From positions 11,982,985-12,046,984 of the forward strand of contig CM082594.2 of NCBI GenBank assembly GCA_040954595.2: 64,000 nt of DNA, written 5' to 3'. The position numbers and the translations under genes are program-made. The notes under the pieces are model-generated. The model did not search any database and was not told the DNA's origin. It worked only from the letters and a program-made list of their open reading frames with translations. This document shows, one piece after another, positions 26,701 to 41,700 of this stretch. The first letter of the stretch is position 1. Each line of letters starts with the position of its first letter. The DNA comes from Balanoglossus misakiensis. Taxonomy: Eukaryota; Animalia; Hemichordata.

Positions 26701-29700
26701 GGACGCTAAGAAGGCCTATGAGGCTCTATTCATCTTGTCCTTTTACAAGCCTGAAAATGAAGAATTCAAACAGTTTTCAGAGCAGGTGAAAAATCGCTCC
26801 TTGATGGAATTCGATTACGAGTACGGACCTGACGAAGAGGTATGTTCTCAACATTCCAATTCATGGTTAATACTGTTCAGCCTATAATTAACTCAATGTG
26901 TGGATTAGGGCTTATCCAAATAAGTTAGGATTTTCGTCTTTAAGTATTAGTGGTGCTTAAACCACTGGCATTCCCCAGAGTTTTCCATGTGGCCTTCCCA
27001 TTAAGTAAGTGAATGTGCAGCTTAACACAAGGTTGAAGAAATCTGGTTGTTTTTATAATACCTAATCTCTCCTGACATATCGCCACAGGGCAGTTAAATA
27101 TTTATCAGAGAATTCCCTGAAAAGCTATTTGAGGTGCACATATCTGTGCTGGCAAATTTATAATCTCAGTTTCGTTAAGATATTTAGCCATGGCCGGTAC
27201 ACCCGATTGAGATGAAATACATCCAAATACCCATTATTATTCTGTAGGTTATTTGAGACCGTGACATTGATATTGATAATCGTAATAGTTTTTATTAGCT
27301 ACCCCTTTCTGACCCCAATATCCAGAGTTTAGCTGTCGGGCTTTTAGTTCTGTCATTCTAAGACTTAATTTTATCTACTTGGATAATAGATTTATCTATG
27401 ATGGATATTGAGAAAAAAATTTCAATCAGGTTTCGGTAAATTCGGTGCCTAATAAGGTGGTGAAGAAAGTAGATATATTTCATTCAGAATGAATCATTGG
27501 CAAAGACAGTGCCAGGAAAAACAGCAACTTTCAGTTGTGTCGCAATGTTACTCACAGTGAAACAAAAATGCCAAGTTTTAAAAAAAAACTCTACATCGGA
27601 TAAATAATTATTCAAGCTAGTGTACAGTCAGGCTTTAGGATGTGTGTTTTATTCAGAATTGGCATATTTGCCATCTCTTACTTGAGTTTTTCCTTAGGTA
27701 CTTGAACATTATTTACTAAATGTATATCAAACGAATGTTGATATTTATTGATCTATTGCAAATTATTGTGACGGTGATAGTAAATGGTACATATAATCAA
27801 TAAGACCATTTTCTGAACGCCACAAGACCCTGCGAGATCTTGCTTGGCTGGGCAGTTAATTGGAGGACATTCTCATGTGACACAGGACAAACAATACACC
27901 GCTCATCGTGTTATATAGCACAAAAGTTACAATTCTACAAAGTTACTAACAGAGTAATTAGACATAATAATTCGAAGATTATGACATTTGTGTAAGTGTC
28001 AACCGACATAAATTATAATGCACCAATTCATTTGGAAATTTTAAGAAAGAGCACCACTCAAAGTTACTGATGTATGCATAATTCAGGCAGTGACCTTGTT
28101 GAGTGTCACAGCTTTTTTGATAAGAATTTCTCTCTAATGACTCACTCACTGCCAGCGGTGATTTTGTAGGAACAGAAAAAAGCATTTCGGTGTTACAGGA
28201 TTTGATGCACAGGGTAGAAGTGGACACAAAACACCGCCAGATTTCATCAGAACGTAGCCCAGCCGATGTTGACAACATCAGCATTCTTTATCGAAATAAT
28301 TCAAACTCTCAACAGATACTTGATGAATTTAAAAGGGTCACAGCCCTCGCCAACATTACATACAAAACGTGCGTGTGATGAACTAACGACACCGGTATTT
28401 GAGATAGACGTGTGAAACCTACTTTACGTTGAAAACATTTTTGGGATCACTCCAGAAACCTGCGCATGTATCTTGGATGACTGTTTAGCTTTATCTGCAT
28501 TTATAAACAAGTAGTACCATGGTGTGTTTGTTCAGAAAAAAAATTCTCCTTTATAAGCTGGCATACCTTTCTCGGTGAGGTTATTGCTGTTAACTGTGCT
28601 GTTCAGAACCGAAAAACATCTGAGGTCTTTCCTCCCTACTAACATTATATTCTCATTGTCAGAAGGTAACAAATCCAAGAAAATCAATAATTAGGACTTC
28701 GGTACTAGCCACATCGTATTTGAAAGAATTAATTGCTACGTTTCACTATAATCCACATGATATTTTTGTGAGCAAACTTTGAAAACACCTATGCATGCAT
28801 CACCATTATAAAAGAGGCTATTTGATAGGAGCCCCATTGAAAGTTTCTCCGACAGTAGTGGAAGTTTTGAGAATCTTGTCAGGCTTGTCTGGTTGAGACG
28901 CTTAGATATCCTATTGCTGTAGAGACACTTATCATATGCATGACTTCCTGCATTGGTAACTTATTACAGGTTTGAGAGAAGAACACACAAGAATTACCAG
29001 CGGCATTTCCTGGTTTGTTTTCTGATGCCAACTTCCTTTAACTGCTGATAATTAAATATGGTCTCTTTGAATGCAGGTTTCAGTTCTGGCAGGCATATCT
29101 CACGACACTGTAATTCTATACGCTATCGCACTTAATGAGACATTGGCGGATGGCGGGGACCCTTACGACGGAAAAGCACTCGTCAAAAGGCTATACGGAC
29201 GAACTTTTAAAGGTTAGTTTCGCTCTTTCAGGCTATATTTGGCAACATTAAATGAATGTTTTATGTTCTTAATTGAATGTAATAGGACTATCGTCGCTAA
29301 ATCAACATTTTCAGACTTTGAGTGTCCGCTCTGTGATGACAGTTTCGCAACTAAGCATACACCTATGAAAGTGTTTGGTGGCAATAAGTGTCTGGAGTAC
29401 ATTCTGATATACTCACTATGTCCGTAAATTGGCTTTTCTGCTGAATGCCTTAATTAGATGTGTCAGTGTTCGAAGTAGATATATTACCTTGCAGATGATT
29501 TCCCAAAGAAAAAAGGGAAATCATCTGAAATGCTTCCAAACCATTTAAAAATTACACAGTCATGTTGGTAACATTTTACAAGGCCTTGGAGTTATTATGA
29601 TTATAAAAGGGTGATCACTGGGGCATATTTCCACAAAAGTATGAGCAACAGGTTTAAAAATAAAATATTTAATATGCGAAGGTACGTATCACATACAACT

Positions 29701-32700
29701 CTACAGAAACTGTACTTCGTTTCTGTCCCAGATGCATGCATGGGCCTGTTGGCGCCCATTTATGACCACATAACACATCATTACATGAAATGGAAACAGG
29801 TGCTATGATCCGAGAAATAGCCCTGTTAATCTCAATTTATTAAGTCACAATATTCATGCAATTTTCCCAGGCACTATTCCACCTTTTTAAAGTTTCTTCG
29901 ATGTGTGGCTAATACTGTGGTGAACCCTTTGTCGGTCTGTTTCGGAGAAATGAACGAAATGCGAAATTGGAGAATACTGGACAGATGATAAAAGCTGGAC
30001 TTAGTTATACCTTTATGATTTTCACAGCAACACTCTGGGAATGGTGATTGAAATCTACGAGCAGAATGAGCGACCTGCTGAATACGTGCGTGCTTGTGTG
30101 CAGAGTCATAAAATACATGCATTCCGTTGTTTTGTGTTTATGCTGATTACAGTTACTAATCACAACCATTTTTGATTGATAGTTATGGAGTCATAAAACG
30201 AGTGCCATGGCCTGAACAACTGGCCAATTGATATATGTGATGATATCCTGTTTAGTATCATTATTGTTTCCTGTCATTGTGACTTCAGAAACGGCATAAA
30301 TATTTCAAGAGTGCATGTATACCAACAGACTGGTTCTACTCGAGAAATTGAGACACTATAATGAGACATGGTTGTGGTGCATTTAAACATGTGCACAGGA
30401 ACAGCGAATCTCACTCAGTCCATATCATTCTGCTTCTGTCAACACATGTTTGAACGTGTGCAAATTCGATCTGAGGTTCAAAAGCTGGCCACATTTACCA
30501 CAGGAAACTTCATTTATACGTCAATGCCTACATTTCTATTCGGATGCTTCAGTCTGGCATATGTACGAAGTGTTACACAGTTCTGTATGGGTAAGGGGAG
30601 AAATGATGAAATTGTCACACAGTGAACAATTTATCAATTTGGGTATTTCCAAATGCCAGATACTGATGGAGCTGTTCTCTTCAAATCTGTCGATAGATGT
30701 TATCAAACCCATCAAATGTGACCTGAAACAATGTGCATATTTTGTGTGATGTACTAATCCAGCACTACACACCCTCATGAGGGGTTTGTCATGCACATGT
30801 GTGGTTTCAATTATTCACGATCTCGCGACAGGATGCAGTTCATCCCATCCATCATTTTTTCTGCACAACTGTTTTGAGAATGAATGTCTATAATTATGTC
30901 TCATAAATCATTTGTTGTAAACATTAACAACGTTCTAGCACTAAGGTACTAAGGTCCTTGTTTTATCAATTTATCAACTTCGAAACACACCTGAACACAA
31001 AGTAGAGTCCTGTCCCTAAATGTGAAAACTGTAGAAAAAAAAAAGATTTACTGCTCATTTGTGATATTGTCAATCCCTGAAGAAAGGGCATAAACCTGTA
31101 CATACAGACTCAAATATTCCTTTCGAGTGGAGCCTGTTTTCAGTAGCTCCTATTAGGCCTTTTCGATAATTAATGTTTTTATCTCACAAAAGGGAACAAA
31201 TCTGCAAAGTGCTGGTGTGTTATTTGTTCATTGGCCATGCTTTTCTTAGCTTATTCTGAGACAGTTATATTAATTTTGCGTTTGACGCAGAATGTGTTGC
31301 TTAGCCCCACTTCACAATAAACACACAACAGAAACTTGCAATAAACGTTGCATTTTGGTTACAGCAACATTCTGAGACAGGAAGAAGTCAAAAATAACAG
31401 TAACCAACCCTGCAGTCTCTAGGTATTTCAGTTTTTTCCAAATGATGGAAATGAAAATGAAAAAAAAGGTGAAGATGGCGAGGTGGGTTTGGGGTTAAGT
31501 ACTGGCTTCGGAGATTGACAGATTTTTCCCACCCTTAGGTATCCAAGGTGATGTCACAATTGATGAAAATGGCGACCGTGACGCAGATTTTATGATGTTT
31601 GACATGACAGATCCCGAGAGTGGAAAATTTGAGGTAGGATTTGTTGTGTGTGAATGTAATTAAAAAAGAAATATTCTAGCTCGAAACTGTTGCATATTTC
31701 TGCATTGGTTATCATCTTTTCCCACTTTTAATATTTTAATCCGTAACCTGGAGTCACCCATTTTTGCAGATGGTAGATGAGAAGACCACATCAACGAATT
31801 GATTATATTTTTTTGATGCCAGTTTGCATCCTGTATTCACAATGCATATGCAGCGTCGGGCTGTGATAGGGTCGCAGTGTAGGCCAGTGGAACATAATGC
31901 GGGGTAGTTTTTTAGATTCTGGGCCCCATCTGTCGGTACGTGTTCAGAATGCTTTAGACTGTTTAAATCTTGACAGGAAAATAAATATCTGAAGCACTAG
32001 CTGACTGATTTTTGCAGTGTTATAGTACTAGTAACCTTTACTGCCTTAATTGGCGTAATTACACATACAAATTGGAATGGTGTAAATTTGTGGCACTTTG
32101 CAGAAGCTGTGAACACAACATTGATTGTAGACAGCAGACAGCACACAAACAATTTTTTTATAACTCTGGGGTTCTAAAAATACACTGACGGACCTCTTAA
32201 AATGAAACGATGTCATGGGATACAAAATATCAAAGTTGCAGATGACCGGTACCATAAATAAATCTGTACATGCAGTGTAGGTTTGCAAATTGTGATAGCG
32301 GAAAATATCAAGCAATGTCTCCGTTATAGTGCAGTCTGGTCCCACTGAGGTCAATATAGAAGTAAGTGTCATAAAAGTTGGTGTAATAATTTCGACTTCC
32401 ACCGAATAATTATATTAATTTCATAACTATTTTCAGGTTGTTGGTCATTATTTTGGACACAGTAAAACGTATGTCGCGGTACCAGGACGCGAAATCCACT
32501 GGCCCGGTGGAGCAACTGGGCCACCGAAGGATGAACCAGACTGTGGCTTCTTTAACGAGTATTGTCCGGAGAAAGGTCAGTCAATGAAGATGTTTTGGTT
32601 CATGTACTGAATAAGATTGCGGAATGTAAGAAATAACAGAAAACTGGCAAGGCTAGCTCTCGTCTCGTCTGAGTAAACACGAAGAAAGAATGCTCCCCTC

Positions 32701-35700
32701 ACCTCCATGTACCAGTACATCAGTGTGAATGTATTTATTTCAAAATTGAACTGTCCAAAAGAATTTCATGCAGAGATTATTGATGATCATACGATTGTAT
32801 ATTTATATTAAAGGAACCTGTTCAATACACCTTGCTTTCGGTTGAGTCTGCTGATATCAAAATCGCGTTATATACGAATTGTCGGTCTAATGAAAATGTG
32901 CTTTAATGGAAGACAACATTCCATAATTTTGTAATGTATCCATCCATATGATGCTGGTAACAGCCGCAAGGTGTCTGTTAGATATATTAACTGCCTCGCA
33001 GCTTTTAACATATATTTTGCTTCATTGTGAAGGTTGCCTTACCTATAACCAGCTTTGTCAACTTCAGCATTTTCATAAATTTACAAGAGAGAGAGAGAGA
33101 GGGGAGGGGGGAGGGAGCGAGAGAAAGAGAGAGAGAGAGAGCGAGTTGTTAACTATATATACAAGTAAGTATAAGATTCTCATGATTCAATTTATGATAA
33201 CAATTGGCCAATTTGTTCCTTTCAGAACCCATCAACCCTGCCTACATTGTTACATCAGTGTTCGCGGGGCTGCTTCTCATCCTGGCGGTCGTGATAGTAA
33301 TTATGTACAGGTACGTGAGGCGTGGTGGTGGTGGTCATATTTAAGTCTGTCATACAAACGTTCTTGCCAATGATATGAGCCAAAAAGACCAATGGAAAGC
33401 ACATGAGGACAGAAACACAATCCTGCTATTTTGGCGAAAACACTTTCAGTGGCTTGTAATACATACAACAACATTCTACTCTTATCACCTGATACCGTTG
33501 ATTGTCTTTGGGTTTTCAGGTAATCTACAGTGTTCGTAAGTAGGGACATGTAGGTAAAGGTTTGTTGATTGGATGGTTGGAAATTGTGTGTACCTACCTC
33601 GGTACTGTTGACTGTATGTTTCATCTAATCTGGGCTGTTTTAAGTCATCATCCCTAAAAGCTAAAATATAAACTGGGATGTAATTTATTTTTTCAGTTAA
33701 AGACAAGTACATGCTTTTACCTACGAGTTATTCTCTTCCTGTTAGTTTTCTTCCACTGCATGCGTAGATAATGTAAGACAAAAATATATAATAAAATTGT
33801 AATTCTGTTTGATCATGAATGTGGTGTGCTTTGTTTGCTTTTGATGGAAAAGGAAACAAGTCAGTGACGAGCTTGTGGAAGGTAAATTTACATTTTTACA
33901 TTTTACCGAATTCACTGAAACAAGGACAGTCAGTAGCTTAATGTAAATTGAGAGGCAAGTGGGTTAGTGTAAGCTCATGTTGGTAGGTAGGATTATAGGT
34001 TGGGAATGGGGAGGTGAATGGATGGATTAGTGGGCAGGGTTGGTCTATTGGATGTCTGTCGATGTTTATCTAGTGTATAATTTCCCGAATGGGTAATTAC
34101 CTATTTCTGCCATGACAGTCTCTGACCTAACCATGGGTCTACATTGTATGCCATAATAATCCCAGACAACTGTCCCCAATGGACAATTGTTAGGTGAAAA
34201 GAGGGAGAAGTTTTGCATTTGTGAACTTGAGCAGTTAGCTAAATCTCTTGTTATCACAAAGTACCCCTGGTGATAGGTTCACCAAGGAACATTTTTCCTA
34301 CGACAAAAAAATCAAACTTTCAGACAAGCGAAACAGATGTCACGGTGTATTGACAGAAAGCATTCAGTCTTCTCACTTGGAGATGATCTGTTATTTCGAA
34401 CATGCCTGTGCAACTTTGACCGTCATTTGAGTGGGTGAATGCTTTCAGAGTTGGCAGCAACTGATTTCGTCAGTGCAAAGCGCTGCATACAATGTTTGGA
34501 GCTTTGCTTTTTTTCCCGCCTGAGTGTTCACGAGGCTGTTGACGTGATAACATACCCGGGCCAGATTTTTCCCAGCAACAGTGCCATTCAAAATACTAGA
34601 GACCGATATGACCTTTTAGTAAGATTACCAGATGGATTAGAAGTGACAGGTTGAGTAATCAAATCTTTTACTGCCCATTTCGTTTACGTTTCCGCATCCT
34701 TCGCCATTAAAGAATTACCTATCCCCGTGCTCATTTGTGTCTATTAAGAAAATTGGGTGTATGTAAACTTTAACATCTTGGAGACGGAGGGGAATACCTC
34801 TTTCTAATGTAATACACAATTCATTAGCTTCCTAACGTAAAGTTTACACTCAACCAGTTTTAAGTACACTACCGCCCTGGAGTATAAAATGGCTGCAGCA
34901 TTAGTGCGATGTATTACAGCTTCACAATTTTATTTTCAACAAGTTCATTCAAGATGTCCGCACCGGAGTCCATTCGCTCATCGGGTAATTACGTTGGAAG
35001 CCTTGATTCACTTTCACGGATTAAAACTTTAATCAAATACATGTGCTATATGCAGTCCCTCCTTTTCAAATATGCATCTCTTCACACAAGAGTTGGCGTG
35101 CAAATTACGAGTGGAATTACCTTGAAAGTTTCCTTCTTGTTTTATTACTGAGACTATATCGCAAAATCGAACCAACGCGATGGAAAAATGAAGTTAATTA
35201 TCAAAGTGAATATTTTTATGCTTTGCCACATTGAGCTCAGCAGTGTCTGCCATCATAATAGTTTCGTTTGACCATAGAATGTGTAGGTTTCACTTAGCAG
35301 GATATTTCAACTACGCAAAGTCATAATCTGTTAACGTAGGACAAACTTGTCACCACATGCAGAGCGGTGATTTGGTATTCCATAGCAAAGTCTGACCCGT
35401 ACACTTTGGATGGCCTCTCTCGCGTCAACGCAAATTTTATTCCAACTTGCCTCATTTTCCCCTCACGGATGGCTTTACCAATAGATTAATGGCTATTCTT
35501 CAGCAGACGTGACGTGAATTAAAGACTCAGGTTGTATGTGTGGGAGCCTGTTCCATTAAATGTTGAACATACAGAGAGTGTCTCCCCCGGAAATGCGAGT
35601 TACCTCGGCCCAGTGGGTACTAAGTATTAGTGTTGCCACTTTCAGCAGTATTTCACAATAAATGACGCAAGTCTTAGCCAGTGAAAAATTTACAAGTGTT

Positions 35701-38700
35701 AGGGTAGAGAAGCGTGAGCTGTCACATAGCATATCAAGTAATATATTTCGCATTAAAACCCACATACCATATGTATTATCAGAATGAGGTGAATGTGACC
35801 CTTATTACGGAATACATCGGAACATCAGAAATAAAAATTGATATTATACATAACTTCACCAAAACCACTTTCCCTGCATTTCCTCATCTGTTCGAAATGG
35901 TGAGTTTGAATATTGACTTGAAAAAAAAAGTTCAGGGCTTGAAGAATGACAGAAACTATCTGGCGAATAAGCAAAATAATATCATTGGAATAGTATAATT
36001 TATGTCAGGGTAGCTGAAGAATTAATACACCAAGTGGGATTTTCATGCAGGTACAAAATGCAGGGAATTTCTATGCATGTTTAATTATAAATATATGACA
36101 TGTTCGCTGGTATGTAACTGCTATGATGTTAATTATTTTCCAACAGGAAATACAAACTGCAGCAAGCCGTGGCTAATATGTTATGGCGAATAAGCTATGA
36201 TGATATCATTCTTCATGGTAAGATGGGAGCTACTCAAGCAACAATGAAGGTAATCAAATTCCACATGTTCAATTGGAATGTGTATATTGTAGAAGAACTT
36301 TGGTCAAATTTTAGCTTACTCGATATAAATCTGAAGAATAGTGATGGTGGCGATAATGGTGATTGTGACAGTGGCGATGATTGATGTTGATAACGATGAT
36401 ATTGATGATGATGACGACAATGATGAGACTATGAGCGTGTGCCCCCTGACGTCATTGATATGCAAATTAGATAGGTCAAATTTCAAACCCTAAGGCATTT
36501 TATTCTGTGACCTCAATAACGAACTTGATATATATTCACTAGTTGCTCTAACCAGAGAAGACCGTGAACGATTTCGTTATCGAATATGGTTGATGTATCT
36601 GTGGATTTCAGCAGACACTTATCACCCCTGAATAATCATCGATTGGATAGACTATTCCATCAGTTTTCGCTTAACCCCCCCAAAACGATCCTTTATGCTG
36701 TGTGGAAGTGCGTTCTTAGCTAGCAGGTCAAATTTGAGTGGCCTACATTGTGTGTGCAAAAAGCCTTAGGGATTTTAGTGTACGATACAAAATCCAGCGT
36801 ACAAAAACATTGGATGTTTAGTGTTCGGTGCAGTGACTGTGGTTACAGGAGGCACACGCTAGCCCTGACCCACTGCTTTGCCGTACAAGCGTGGCGGCCT
36901 ATGGACGGGTGTAGCTTCCGAACTCTGACAAGGGGCTTGTAACTACTTGTAGTTGAAATTTTGCATGATTGTGTGCACACCCCCTGTTCGAATCTTTGTG
37001 AAATAATGTTTACTCAGATATTTATAACCCAACAAAGATGCATATGATTTTGATTTTATACGTTGTTCTGTTGAATTCATTCATCATGTGGCAATATTGT
37101 TATGATGATTAAGCACATTCTCAAAAATAGTTCTGAAACCGACAATCCGTTTCTGTATTTTCACTAGTGAAAGTATGGGATCATATCTTCACTGTTAGAA
37201 CAATAACACAGTCACTGTGATAAATACAGGCGTTGTCTGTCTGATAATCATATGTACTCCCTTAATAAGATAATGTACGAGAAGAAATTGGTGACATGCA
37301 GATACGCAAGGAAATGTAACCCTCAGTTGTGATGACTTAAAGTTAATTTACAATCACTCACAGATGCCCGTATTTAAGTGGGGAACACATGGGACACATT
37401 TTCATGAAAGTATTCTAATTCCGTTTTTCCTGACAGTACTGTTTGTTTGGAAGTCATTTTGAACACTTAAACCCCGGTGCGGGGAATAAAAGACCCCCCA
37501 AATCAGTGGCGAATCTTAATGCCGTTTGACTGACCAACGATCTTGGCTCTATGAAAATCGGCCCAAACAGGTCCAAGAATAAAGAATTACACCACACAAC
37601 GACAGTAGTTGGCTTTATAAACACACACAACATAAAGTTATCGACGAAAAAGTACACGAGCTTTTGAAACAACGATGATTTTGGGAGAAATCTGGTTTCA
37701 GTGCTTTTCAGAAGCGTCCCTGGGAAACAATAACCACGCCATTCAAACAGTTGTCAATCGCGTGGAAGTGTAAAGTGTTCAATTATTTTCTGTGTACATG
37801 AGAGCAATTACACAGTCATTATGCACGACGACCACTCCCAAATAAACAACTATACAAACACACGTTAATCCGAACCCCGGTACTTTCCACACCGGGGTTT
37901 AAGATAAATGACTCCAGGGTGGGTATTTACTTTAAGTTGCTCATTGCTGTCGTCATTTTCTTGTAAACTTAGTCTACAGCAAGTAATTATCACCTTTCTC
38001 GGGCGAGAAATCTGCCAAAGCTTTTTGGTGCCTTCCTTCAATACTGCCAGATTCTTTAAATTCTTGTCAAAAGATATGCGTGGCATTTCAGTTAGTAAGG
38101 TTGCTTTGTCATCTTTTTTTTCTACTTCTAGCTATACTTTGTTTGACTGCATTAAACCTCAGCCCACATCGAAAATAGTACATGTTGCAACAAACAACAA
38201 TGTCCATAAATTTTCATAGTCGTCAAATACTATGTTATTTCTAATGCTTTTTAATTTCTTCTTTTACAGAATTCTGCAGTTTCATTAAAATCAAACGTTG
38301 ACACAGAGCAAGTTTTCACCAAGACATGTGTTTATAAGGTAAGAAAGCAATTATGGTAAGTGTTACGATTGTACTACGAATGCATAGAATTTAAATATCA
38401 ATGGTGGATGAACAATAAGGGTGTACGTCATTAACATAGCGTTAGCTGTAGTAGCCGTTCACCTGGGTATTTTGAATATTACGTAAGGGTTTCTCGGCCA
38501 CAGCAGTCAAGTGGCGTGAGCCGAACAGAAAACAGACAAGTAGCACTCGGCCATGAGCAACGGGGACTGGTATCTTGTAATCCACGTGGGAGCTCGGTGT
38601 TGAAGCTCAGCTCGCCCAGGCACGTCGGGTATGTCCTGTTGGTTTGAATTCAGCGTTGCTCTCGGACTTAAAATGCATGTCTACGCCAGCAACTGTAAGT

Positions 38701-41700
38701 GAAGTGAACCTGTTAATTTCTTCTGAGAGGACTTCAGGAAAGAACTTTGTGAGAAAGCAGCATGCCAGCGTGAACCATCGTCGGGTCGGTGCGGAGAACT
38801 CACGGAACACTGAATTATCGCGTCCGCTCATCACGTGTATAATATTACCACGGAAATATTTGAGTAAGATCCCTAGTAACATTTAAGTTTCAGTGCTTGT
38901 ACTATGATATTATTTTTCTTCCTGTGACAAATAGATTCGCAGTGAAACGTATAACATTGGGTGTTCAGTGTATCATTGTTGTTGGTGTTTGTGTTGCGAG
39001 TTTTTGGTTCGTAACATAAGTTTGTCTGATGGGCAGAGGAACCATGATAGCATGCATGAGTTGTCATTTCTCTATTCATTGTATGTCAAAACAAGCCCTG
39101 AACCACAAATTCATACGGCAAACACCTTATTTGATTTCCGCCTGTGCTAACCTCAAATTTTATTGACCAAGAAATTTGACAGCTTCCACAAGAGTATACA
39201 CCAATGAAATATCTCTGTCATCTGCAAAAACTTTCCATCTGCTGCGAACATGTTTTTAGCGGTGTCCAATAACCTCTATCGTTTATGCATCGCAGAAAGT
39301 AATTAAACGGTTCTCGTCTACTTTGACACATCACATTTCATCTAACCCATTAGCTTTCATAGATGTGCAGACGCTTTGTGCATTGTCGACGTCCTGAAAT
39401 GTTTGCGTGGGTTTCCAACACTTCTTGGCAATGAAGCACTGTTTCTGAGAAAGATAAAAAGGTGCTTATAGTTTTGAGAGCAGCTAATCAAGTGTCAAGG
39501 CAAATACAGCGGATAATCTGAAGTGTCGTTCATTAGACAGAACGACTTCGGTCACACCAGTGTAAACTAATTACGTCCTCATCCTGTCTGTGGTTTGCAA
39601 GGTTGAGTGGGGGAATTTGGCGCCGCTTTGAGATAAAGCCTCGAAAATACTGTTAACCTAATTACTCGCGCTGTTCAGTGGTAAAATGCACGTGCCAAGG
39701 AGAATGATTTGGCATCAGTTAGGACTGGATGAGCAGATTCGCAGACGCTCAGACCTTGTTTGTCCCATACCCCCCCTACAATTAGCGATTTTTTTGTGCA
39801 ACGAGCAAAATTTAATCACAAATAAATGTCACCGCTTTCAATAAACTCCTGGCTTCATGTCATTGGTTTGATAAATATAAAAATGTTCGTGAAAGTCCTT
39901 AATTAATCTTGAAGGCGGCACTTTGCAGACGACTTGGTCACATTGCGGAGATGTCAAATCTGAGAAACCATAGACCCTATGGAGAAACATACGCCAAATG
40001 AATGCATTACCATCCTTTTGGATTAATCCTGGCACATGTGGTGCTCGACTTCCCGTCGCAAGGTTCACTATTTCAAATTACCAAACCCAAAATAGCTTTC
40101 TTCACCCCGAGTGCATAGATCGTGACATTTATACTGTGCGAAAGTCAAACAATTTTCTGATCACAGAGTAAAATCTAATCTGTCTGTCTTTACATTTCTT
40201 TAGGGCAATGTTTACGCAATCAAATTTCTGTCTCCCGGCAAACGTATTGCACTGACTCCAAGACTGTTGCTGGAATTGAAACAGGTAATACGAAACGAAT
40301 TTGTTTATCAGCCATTAGAATGTATATTGAAAGTACTCCGACTGGGTGATCAGGCTGAAACGACGCCCTTTCTTACTTTTAAAAAGTATATTCGGTTATA
40401 CAGTTTTTAACATTTTGTACTTTTGGTTGACAAATGGAATACTGGACAAGTTTGGAGTAGTATGTACGGGTAAGTCAAATTGCTGTTCTCATTACAGATG
40501 CGTGATTTGAGTTACGTAAACGCCACAAGATTCATAGGGGCTTGTTTTGACCACCCAGATCGGAGCTGCATTATTACTGAATACTGCCAAAAAGGTAGTC
40601 TACAGGTATGTATTTTTATGCAAGCCGGCACATTTCCTTTGGGGCGTATGCCTTAGTGGGAAGATTGGCAGGCGGTTGATTTGATTTTGATTGACGTTAT
40701 TCTGTGTGATTCGAGTTTTGATGGCTAAATGATGTCAATGCAAAACAGGTCAGGGGCTTGTTTCTATCTATTGGAAGTAAATATTGTTTTCCTCCTGCAA
40801 TCTGTGGAAGATTGGGAGTATCCTAGTACTATCGGTTTGATACAATGGGTTTCAGGCAAGGGTAGGCCACCTAAAACAAGAAAGGATTCAGCTAGACAAA
40901 TGGAATAATAATACCCAACCAGAATAATGCGTATTCCCAGGAGGCACTCTTAACCTAGAAGATCTGCTTGTACGACTGGCAATCACGAGTTACACCGGAG
41001 AAACCAATTTGGAGAATCGTGTGCGTTGTTCTAATTTTGCAGGAGTGCTTGTCAAATACATACTCAAAGGGTTCCGTAAATAATGCACTGGGCTAATCTG
41101 ATTACTGAGACTATTCTAACCCAAGGAATTCGAATTTTGCAGGATATTTTGGAAAACGATGCCATCAAACTTGATTGGATGTTCCGATATTCGTTAATGT
41201 TGGATGTTTGTAAGGTATGTGGGCCTTTCATTGAATAATTAATTTAGGTTTATGCAGTGCATACATGTTTTAATAATGGTGAACACTGATATAAAGGCTT
41301 TTAGGTACCCTTGCGTATATTGAAGTGCATGTTGCCTGAATCAAATATTTTATTTTTCAGTGTATCTTAAAATGTTAAGCGTCCACACAGATATCTTATA
41401 CTTTTGCCATGTGGAGTTACCAATTTGTTATTTATTGTGCCAAATGTTTGTATCCACAAGCTTGCCTTGCAATGATGAATTATTGGCAGTCAGAGTGGAA
41501 GTTCAAACCACAGTCTCTGCTGTGTGGAGGGACTGTGTTCAAACGGATATTCCTTGGAAAGTAAACATGTTTTTCCGTATTCCCGTTTCACTGATGACTC
41601 ACAACGAACAGGAAATTGCATTCCTGGTTTCGTGCAGAAGTTGTAAAGAGAAGGAAAGGGTTTTCTGAGTAATGAAATTGATGTGTGATGTAGAATTCTG

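Noticed and set aside
32948-33373. 141-aa plus-strand ORF overlapping the TM exon
   Set aside because: Wrong frame for exon 6 and runs through a GA repeat; the TM exon is read in another frame
37360-38900. Possible decayed DNA-transposon sequence flanking gene A exon 8 (GC-richer patches, short ORFs)
   Set aside because: No clear TIR pair, target-site duplication or transposase motif could be established by eye
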